A stretch of DNA of 10,792 nt from IMG/VR virus record IMGVR_UViG_2585427750_000031; one strand, written 5' to 3'. This DNA comes from a virus (Duplodnaviria; Heunggongvirae; Uroviricota; Caudoviricetes). Below the pieces are notes generated by a model. It saw only the letters and a program-made list of their open reading frames with translations. It had not been told where the DNA came from and searched no databases. Within the stretch, counting starts at the first letter, position 1. Every line of letters starts with the position of its first letter. Below, in pieces: positions 5,258-10,792 of the stretch. Position numbers and translations under genes: made by a program.

Positions 5258-7697
5258 CAATGTAAAATTACAGGTATTGCTCAGGGCTGTTGACCAGGCA
5301 TCCCGCCCGTTTAAATCCATCCGCACAGCGAGCAAGTCGCTGTCGGGGGATATCCGGGAAACACAAAAATCACTGCGCGAGCTGAACGGTCACGCATCCC
5401 GTATTGAGGGATTTCGCAAGACCAGTGCGCAGCTCGCCGTGACTGGTCATGCACTTGAAAAGGCACGGCAGGAAGCCGAAGCCCTTGCCACACAGTTTAA
5501 AAACACCGAACGTCCGACCCGTGCTCAGGCGAAAGTGCTGGAATCCGCAAAGCGTGCGGCGGAGGACTTACAGGCGAAATATAACCGCCTGACGGATTCC
5601 GTTAAACGCCAGCAGCGGGAACTGGCCGCTGTGGGAATTAATACCCGCAATCTTGCACATGATGAGCAGGGGCTGAAAAACCGTATCAGTGAAACCACCG
5701 CACAGCTTAACCGGCAGCGTGACGCGCTGGCGCGTGTCAGTGCACAACAGGCAAAACTTAACGCAGTCAAACAGCGTTATCAGGCAGGAAAAGAACTTGC
5801 CGGAAATATGGCCTCAGTGGGCGCTGCCGGTGTGGGGATTGCGGCGGCGGGAACGATGGCCGGAGTTAAGCTGCTGATGCCCGGTTATGAGTTTGCGCAG
5901 AAAAACTCAGAATTGCAGGCCGTGCTCGGTGTGGCAAAAGATTCCGCCGAAATGGCCGCGCTCCGCAAACAGGCGCGCCAGCTCGGCGACAATACCGCCG
6001 CCTCAGCGGATGATGCGGCCGGTGCGCAGATTATCATTGCGAAAGCGGGTGGAGATGCTGCGGCTATTCAGGCGGCAACGCCGGTCACGCTGAATATGGC
6101 ACTGGCGAATCAGCGGTCGATGGAAGAAAACGCGCAACTGTTGCTGGGGACTAAGGCATCCTTTCAACTGTCAAATGATGATGTCAGCCATGTGGGCGAC
6201 GTGTTGTCGGCAACGATGAATAAGTCGGCGGCTGATTTTCAGGGACTCAGTGATGCACTGACTTACCTCGGTCCGGTTGCGAGGACGGCAGGTGTAAGTC
6301 TTGAACAGGCAGCGGCCATGACAGGTGTGCTGCATGACAATAACATCAGGGGGTCAATGGCGGGGACGGGTGGCAGTGCCGTTGTCACCCGATTACAGGC
6401 ACCGACTGGAAAAGCATGGGATGCACTCAAAGAGCTTGGCGTTAAAACCTCGGACAAAAAGGGAAATATGCGTCCGTTGTTCACCATTCTGAAAGAGATT
6501 CAGGCCAGCTTTGATAAACACAAGCTGGGAACGTCTCAGAAGGGGGAATACCTTAAAACCATTTTTGGTGAGGAAGCCCTGAAATCAGCGAACGTTTTAC
6601 TGGCAGCGGCTGCAAGCGGAAAACTGGATAAGCTGACCGCCACACTGAAAGCCTCAGACGGTAAAACGGAAGAGCTGGTTAAAATCATGCAGGACAACCT
6701 CGGCGGTGACTTTAAGGAGTTTCAGTCCGCTTATGAAGCGGTGGGGACTGACCTGTTTGACCAGCAGGAAGGCGCACTGCGTAAGCTCACGCAGACGGCC
6801 ACAAAGTATGTGTTAAAACTCGACGGCTGGATACAGAAAAACAAATCACTGGCGTCAACCATTGGCCTAATTGCCGGTGGCGCGCTGGCGCTTACTGGCA
6901 TCATCGGTGCCATTGGTCTTGTAGCCTGGCCGGTTATCACCGGCATCAATGCCATCATCGCGGCAGCAGGCGCAATGGGGGCAATCTTCACGACGGTTGG
7001 CAGTGCTGTTATGACCGCCATCGGGGCGATTAGCTGGCCGGTTGTGGCCGTGGTGGCCGCCATTGTCGCCGGGGCGTTGCTTATCCGTAAATACTGGGAG
7101 CCTGTCAGCGCATTCTTTGGCGGTGTGATGGAAGGGCTGAAAGCGGCATTTGCGCCGGTGGGGGAACTGTTCACGCCACTTAAGCCGGTGTTTGACTGGC
7201 TGGGCGAAAAGTTACAGGCCGCGTGGCAGTGGTTTAAAAACCTGATTGCCCCGGTCAAAGCCACCCAGGACACCCTGAACCGTTGCCGTGATACTGGCGT
7301 CATGTTCGGGCAGGCACTGGCTGACGCGCTGATGCTGCCGCTTAATGCGTTCAACAAACTGCGCAGCGGAATTGACTGGGTACTGGAAAAACTCGGTGTT
7401 ATCAACAAAGAGTCAGACACACTTGACCAGACCGCCGCCAGAACTCAAGCCGCCACGTATGGCAGCGGTGGTTATATTCCGGCGACCAGCTCTTATGCAG
7501 GCTATCAGGCTTATCAGCCGGTTACGGCACCGGCTGGCCGCTCTTATGTGGACCAGAGTAAAAACGAATATCACATCAGCCTGACGGGTGGTACTGCGCC
7601 GGGGACACAGCTTGACCGCCAGTTACAGGATGCGCTCGAAAAATACGAGCGGGATAAACGTGCGCGCGCCCGTGCCAGCATGATGCATGACGGTTAA
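5250..7697 (+). CDS. T: Tail tape measure protein (P2 gpT)
   Basis: 815-aa ORF, the same length as P2 T. N-terminal coiled-coil-like, Ala/Gln-rich sequence and a C-terminal hydrophobic Gly/Ala-rich segment typical of tape measure proteins. Its start overlaps the E' end. Confidence 0.95.
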   Translation: MSNNVKLQVLLRAVDQASRPFKSIRTASKSLSGDIRETQKSLRELNGHASRIEGFRKTSAQLAVTGHALEKARQEAEALATQFKNTERPTRAQAKVLESAKRAAEDLQAKYNRLTDSVKRQQRELAAVGINTRNLAHDEQGLKNRISETTAQLNRQRDALARVSAQQAKLNAVKQRYQAGKELAGNMASVGAAGVGIAAAGTMAGVKLLMPGYEFAQKNSELQAVLGVAKDSAEMAALRKQARQLGDNTAASADDAAGAQIIIAKAGGDAAAIQAATPVTLNMALANQRSMEENAQLLLGTKASFQLSNDDVSHVGDVLSATMNKSAADFQGLSDALTYLGPVARTAGVSLEQAAAMTGVLHDNNIRGSMAGTGGSAVVTRLQAPTGKAWDALKELGVKTSDKKGNMRPLFTILKEIQASFDKHKLGTSQKGEYLKTIFGEEALKSANVLLAAAASGKLDKLTATLKASDGKTEELVKIMQDNLGGDFKEFQSAYEAVGTDLFDQQEGALRKLTQTATKYVLKLDGWIQKNKSLASTIGLIAGGALALTGIIGAIGLVAWPVITGINAIIAAAGAMGAIFTTVGSAVMTAIGAISWPVVAVVAAIVAGALLIRKYWEPVSAFFGGVMEGLKAAFAPVGELFTPLKPVFDWLGEKLQAAWQWFKNLIAPVKATQDTLNRCRDTGVMFGQALADALMLPLNAFNKLRSGIDWVLEKLGVINKESDTLDQTAARTQAATYGSGGYIPATSSYAGYQAYQPVTAPAGRSYVDQSKNEYHISLTGGTAPGTQLDRQLQDALEKYERDKRARARASMMHDG

Positions 7698-7711
7698 GGA
7701 GGTGACGAAAA

Positions 7712-8191
7712 ATGATGCTCGCGTTAGGTATGTTTGTTTTTATGCGCCAGACGCTGCCACACCAGACCATGCAGCGTGAATCAGATTATCGCTGGCCGTC
7801 AAATTCCCGTATCGGTAAACGGGATGCCTTTCAGTTTCTCGGTGTGGGTGAGGAAAACATCACACTTGCCGGCGTGCTTTATCCCGAACTGACCGGCGGG
7901 AAGCTGACGATGACCACGCTCAGGCTGATGGCAGAGGAAGGCCGGGCGTGGCCGTTGCTGGATGGCACCGGCATGATTTACGGCATGTATGTCATCAGCA
8001 AGGTGAGTGAAACAGGGAGTATTTTCTTTGCAGATGGCACACCCCGAAAAATTGATTTTACGCTGTCGCTCACCCGCGTTGATGAATCACTGGCCGCGCT
8101 TTATGGCGATATCGGTAAACAGGCGGAATCGCTCATCGGTAAGGCTGGCAGTATGGCGACTAAATTCACGGGTATGACGGGGGCGGGATAA
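7712..8191 (+). CDS. U: Tail protein (P2 gpU)
   Basis: 159-aa ORF, the same length and position as P2 U. Strong AAGGAGGTGA Shine-Dalgarno upstream. Confidence 0.93.
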   Translation: MMLALGMFVFMRQTLPHQTMQRESDYRWPSNSRIGKRDAFQFLGVGEENITLAGVLYPELTGGKLTMTTLRLMAEEGRAWPLLDGTGMIYGMYVISKVSETGSIFFADGTPRKIDFTLSLTRVDESLAALYGDIGKQAESLIGKAGSMATKFTGMTGAG

Positions 8192-9354
8192 TGCTGGATG
8201 CGCTGACATTTGATGCAGGCAGTACGCTGACGCCGGATTACATGCTGATGCTCGACAGCAGGGATATTACCGGCAATATCAGCGACCGTCTGATGAGCAT
8301 GACCCTGACGGATAACCGGGGCTTTGAGGCTGACCAGCTTGATATTGAACTGAACGATGCCGACGGGCAGGTCGGGCTGCCGGTTCGTGGCGCTGTCCTG
8401 ACGGTGTATATCGGCTGGAAAGGTTTTGCCCTGGTATGCAAAGGGAAATTTACCGTTGATGAGGTTGAACACCGGGGCGCACCGGATGTGGTCACCATCC
8501 GCGCCCGGAGTGCAGATTTTCGCGGGACGCTCAATTCCCGCCGTGAAGGCTCCTGGCATGACACCACGCTCGGTGCGATTGTTGAGGCGATAGCCTCCCG
8601 TAACTGGCTGGAAGCCAGTGTCGTTCCATCACTGGCCGGAATTAAAATCCCGCACATCGACCAGTCGCAGGAGTCTGATGCAAAATTCCTGACCCGCCTT
8701 GCTGAACGCAACGGCGGTGAGGTGTCGGTAAAAATGGGAAAACTGTTGTTTCTCAAAGCGGGGCAGGGGGTGACGGCCAGCGGTAAAAAAGTCCCGCAGG
8801 TCACCATAACCCGCAGCGACGGCGACCGCCATCATTTTGCGATTGCTGACCGTGGAGCCTATACCGGCGTAACGGCAAAGTGGTTACACACCAAAGACCC
8901 GAAGCCGCAAAAGCAGAAGGTAAAACTGAAACGCAAAAAGAAAGAGAAACACCTGCGCGCACTGGAGCACCCGAAAGCGAAACCAGTCACGCAGAAGAAA
9001 GCGCCAAAAGTACCGGAAGCGCGCGAAGGTGAATACATGGCCGGTGAGGCTGACAACGTTTTTGCACTGACCACGGTATATGCCACGAAAGCACAGGCCA
9101 TGCGCGCCGCTCAGGCGAAGTGGGATAAACTGCAACGGGGTGTGGCGGAGTTCTCCATCAGCCTGGCTACCGGTCGGGCAGATATTTACACGGAAACACC
9201 GGTTAAAGTGTCAGGCTTTAAGCGCGTCATAGACGAGCAGGACTGGACAATCACTAAGGTGACACATTTTCTGAATAATAGCGGCTTCACGACGTCCTTA
9301 GAGCTTGAGGTCAGGCTTTCTGATGTGGAGTACGAAACCGAAGATGATGAGTGA
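8191..9354 (+). CDS. D: Tail protein D (P2 gpD)
   Basis: 387-aa ORF, the same length and position as P2 D. Its ATG overlaps the U stop codon (TAATG). Confidence 0.93.
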   Translation: MLDALTFDAGSTLTPDYMLMLDSRDITGNISDRLMSMTLTDNRGFEADQLDIELNDADGQVGLPVRGAVLTVYIGWKGFALVCKGKFTVDEVEHRGAPDVVTIRARSADFRGTLNSRREGSWHDTTLGAIVEAIASRNWLEASVVPSLAGIKIPHIDQSQESDAKFLTRLAERNGGEVSVKMGKLLFLKAGQGVTASGKKVPQVTITRSDGDRHHFAIADRGAYTGVTAKWLHTKDPKPQKQKVKLKRKKKEKHLRALEHPKAKPVTQKKAPKVPEAREGEYMAGEADNVFALTTVYATKAQAMRAAQAKWDKLQRGVAEFSISLATGRADIYTETPVKVSGFKRVIDEQDWTITKVTHFLNNSGFTTSLELEVRLSDVEYETEDDE

Positions 9355-9372
9355 TGTTTTTATTTTATCTGT

Positions 9373-9401
9373 TTGTTTTATAAGGATAAATTAACTAAAA
9401 T
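9373..9401 (+). promoter_or_regulatory. Candidate ogr promoter (TTGTTT - 17 bp - TAAAAT)
   Basis: -35-like TTGTTT at 9373-9378 and -10-like TAAAAT at 9396-9401, 17-bp spacing, upstream of ogr ATG 9436. By-eye motif match. Confidence 0.35.
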
Positions 9402-9435
9402 GGCACCATCAACAAAACCGGAAGAGGTGCTCGCG

Positions 9436-9654
9436 ATGTTTCATTGTCCTTTATGCCAGCATGCCGCACATGCGCGTACAAGCCGCTATATCACTGACAC
9501 GACAAAAGAGCGTTATCACCAGTGTCAGAACGTGAATTGCAGCGCCACGTTCATCACTTATGAGTCGGTACAGCGATACATCGTGAAGCCGGGAGAAGTC
9601 CACGCCGTAAGGCCGCACCCGTTACCATCAGGACAGCAAATTATGTGGATGTGA
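9436..9654 (+). CDS. ogr: Late-gene transcriptional activator Ogr (zinc-finger protein)
   Basis: 72-aa product MFHCPLCQHAAHARTSRYITDTTKERYHQCQNVNCSATFITYESVQRYIVKPGEVHAVRPHPLPSGQQIMWM with the C-x2-C ... C-x4-C zinc-binding pattern; it matches P2 Ogr as I remember it. GGAAGAGG Shine-Dalgarno upstream. The track ORF (9373) is an upstream TTG extension that I discount. Confidence 0.9.
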   Translation: MFHCPLCQHAAHARTSRYITDTTKERYHQCQNVNCSATFITYESVQRYIVKPGEVHAVRPHPLPSGQQIMWM

Positions 9655-9664
9655 TCACAAAAAT

Positions 9665-9690
9665 AGCCCCTCAGTTGAGGGGCTTATTTA
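9665..9690 (+). terminator. Rho-independent terminator after ogr (end of the prophage late region)
   Basis: AGCCCCTC-agtt-GAGGGGCT hairpin followed by TATTTA, 11 nt after the ogr stop. Confidence 0.65.
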
Positions 9691-9782
9691 TGGTCGATGT
9701 GGACGCTATGTGGACAGTGCTTGATATAAATCCATTTATATCATCAGGTTAGGTGCTTTTTTGTGACACCATCCCTGTCTTC
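9691..9782 (+). other. Prophage right junction (attR side): the phage/host boundary and att core are expected within this interval
   Basis: In an integrated P2-like prophage ogr is the last gene before attR, and host DNA (fieF) follows within ~200 bp. The exact core cannot be determined without the attL end. Confidence 0.4.
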
Positions 9783-9808
9783 CCCCACATGATGTGGGGT
9801 TTTTTTTT
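9751..9808 (+). ncRNA. cpxQ: Possible 3' end of host cpxP mRNA / CpxQ 3'UTR-derived sRNA, including its terminator
   Basis: The sequence GTGACACCATCCCTGTCTTCCCCCACATGATGTGGGG-T9 resembles what I recall of the conserved cpxP 3'UTR/CpxQ. cpxP lies immediately upstream of fieF in E. coli K-12. This is from memory and not verified. Confidence 0.25.
9783..9808 (+). terminator. Rho-independent terminator (CCCCAC-atgat-GTGGGG followed by nine T)
   Basis: GC-rich hairpin plus a T9 tract, read directly from the sequence. Confidence 0.7.
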
Positions 9809-9836
9809 ATCCTCAATTTGCCTGCTGCTTAATGCA

Positions 9837-9863
9837 TTGCAGATGATTTGCTTCCGTTATACT
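9837..9863 (+). promoter_or_regulatory. Candidate fieF promoter (TTGCAG - 15 bp - TATACT)
   Basis: -10-like TATACT at 9858-9863 and -35-like TTGCAG at 9837-9842, about 27 bp upstream of the fieF ATG. The spacer is short, so this is a weak call. Confidence 0.3.
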
Positions 9864-9889
9864 AGCGTCAGTTGATAGCGGGAGTATTT

Positions 9890-10792
9890 ATGAATCAATC
9901 TTATGGACGGCTGGTCAGTCGGGCGGCGATTGCTGCGACGGCGATGGCTTCGTTGCTATTGCTGATTAAAATTTTTGCATGGTGGTATACCGGGTCGGTG
10001 AGTATTCTCGCCGCGCTGGTGGATTCGCTGGTGGATATCGGCGCGTCGTTGACGAATTTATTGGTGGTGCGATATTCCCTGCAACCTGCCGACGATAATC
10101 ACTCGTTTGGTCACGGTAAAGCTGAGTCCCTCGCGGCGCTGGCGCAAAGTATGTTTATCTCCGGTTCGGCACTATTCCTGTTTTTGACGGGTATTCAACA
10201 TCTGATATCTCCAACACCGATGACAGATCCAGGCGTCGGGGTTATCGTGACAATTGTGGCGCTAATTTGTACGATTATCCTTGTCTCGTTTCAGCGTTGG
10301 GTGGTGCGGCGGACGCAAAGCCAGGCGGTGCGGGCTGATATGCTACATTACCAGTCTGATGTTATGATGAACGGCGCAATTCTGCTGGCGCTGGGGTTGT
10401 CCTGGTACGGCTGGCATCGCGCCGATGCTCTGTTTGCATTGGGAATCGGCATCTATATTTTATATAGCGCGTTACGCATGGGATATGAGGCGGTACAGTC
10501 ATTACTGGATCGCGCATTGCCTGATGAGGAACGGCAAGAAATTATTGATATCGTGACTTCCTGGCCGGGTGTTAGCGGCGCTCACGATCTTCGCACGCGG
10601 CAGTCAGGGCCGACCCGCTTTATTCAGATTCATTTGGAAATGGAAGACTCTCTGCCTTTGGTTCAGGCACATATGGTGGCGGATCAGGTAGAGCAGGCTA
10701 TTTTACGGCGTTTTCCGGGATCGGATGTAATTATCCATCAGGACCCCTGTTCCGTCGTACCCAGGGAGGGTAAACGGTCTATGCTTTCATAA
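9890..10792 (+). CDS. fieF: Cation-diffusion-facilitator family Fe(II)/Zn(II) efflux transporter FieF (YiiP)
   Basis: 300-aa product starting [49 protein letters not shown]..., recognisable as E. coli FieF/YiiP, with transmembrane segments and the CDF signature. GGAG Shine-Dalgarno 5 nt upstream. The stop codon is the last three bases of the window. Confidence 0.95.

Noticed and set aside
5311-6487. Short ORFs inside T (5311..5493 -, 5525..5770 -, 5689..5877 +, 5887..6093 +, 6263..6487 -) and 7345..7584 +
   Set aside because: Nested within the tape-measure gene in other frames; no support.
6820-7090. Hydrophobic Gly/Ala/Ile-rich stretch in T as a possible separate membrane protein or fusion
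   Set aside because: Tape measure proteins commonly contain such hydrophobic segments; it is in frame within T and the length matches P2 T.
6731-7420. 229-aa ORF on the minus strand inside the tape-measure gene
   Set aside because: Antisense to a well-supported 815-aa gene in GC-rich DNA; the translation is low-complexity (Ala/Ser/Thr/Pro-rich), which is typical of spurious opposite-strand ORFs.
7576-9135. Minus-strand ORFs 7576..7770, 8101..8559, 8238..8807, 8629..8835, 8859..9101 and 8884..9135 across T/U/D
   Set aside because: Antisense to the contiguous, length-conserved U and D genes; treated as frame artefacts.
9373-9435. Upstream extension of ogr from TTG 9373 (93-aa track ORF) or ATG 9400
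   Set aside because: P2 Ogr is 72 aa and begins MFHCPLC. ATG 9436 has a good Shine-Dalgarno (GGAAGAGG), and the upstream stretch holds the putative -35/-10 elements instead.
1-10792. CRISPR arrays, tRNA or rRNA genes
   Set aside because: No regularly spaced direct repeats and no tRNA-like or rRNA-like sequence were noticed on visual inspection.

Overview
This window is the right-hand end of a P2-like prophage (Enterobacteriaceae, E. coli-like) and its junction with the chromosome at fieF. Left to right, all on the + strand: the last ~300 bp of an IS2 element inserted into the tail-fibre gene (H-like), leaving only its 3' end; tail-fibre assembly gene G; a ~2 kb AT-rich cargo segment at the position of the P2 Z/fun moron locus, holding one gene for a two-domain trypsin-like serine protease between long non-coding flanks; then the conserved late tail operon FI (sheath), FII (tube), E and E+E' (chaperone, with the TTTTTTG -1 frameshift site), T (tape measure), U and D, followed by ogr, an intrinsic terminator, the prophage/host junction (attR side) and the host fieF (yiiP) gene. 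No rRNA, tRNA or CRISPR array was seen. The most interesting element is the protease cargo gene, which I propose as a candidate single-gene anti-phage (abortive-infection type) moron. The IS2 disruption of the tail fibre suggests a defective prophage that still carries this cargo. All calls rest on reading the ORF translations and sequence by eye and on memory of P2 gene order and sizes; no searches were run.
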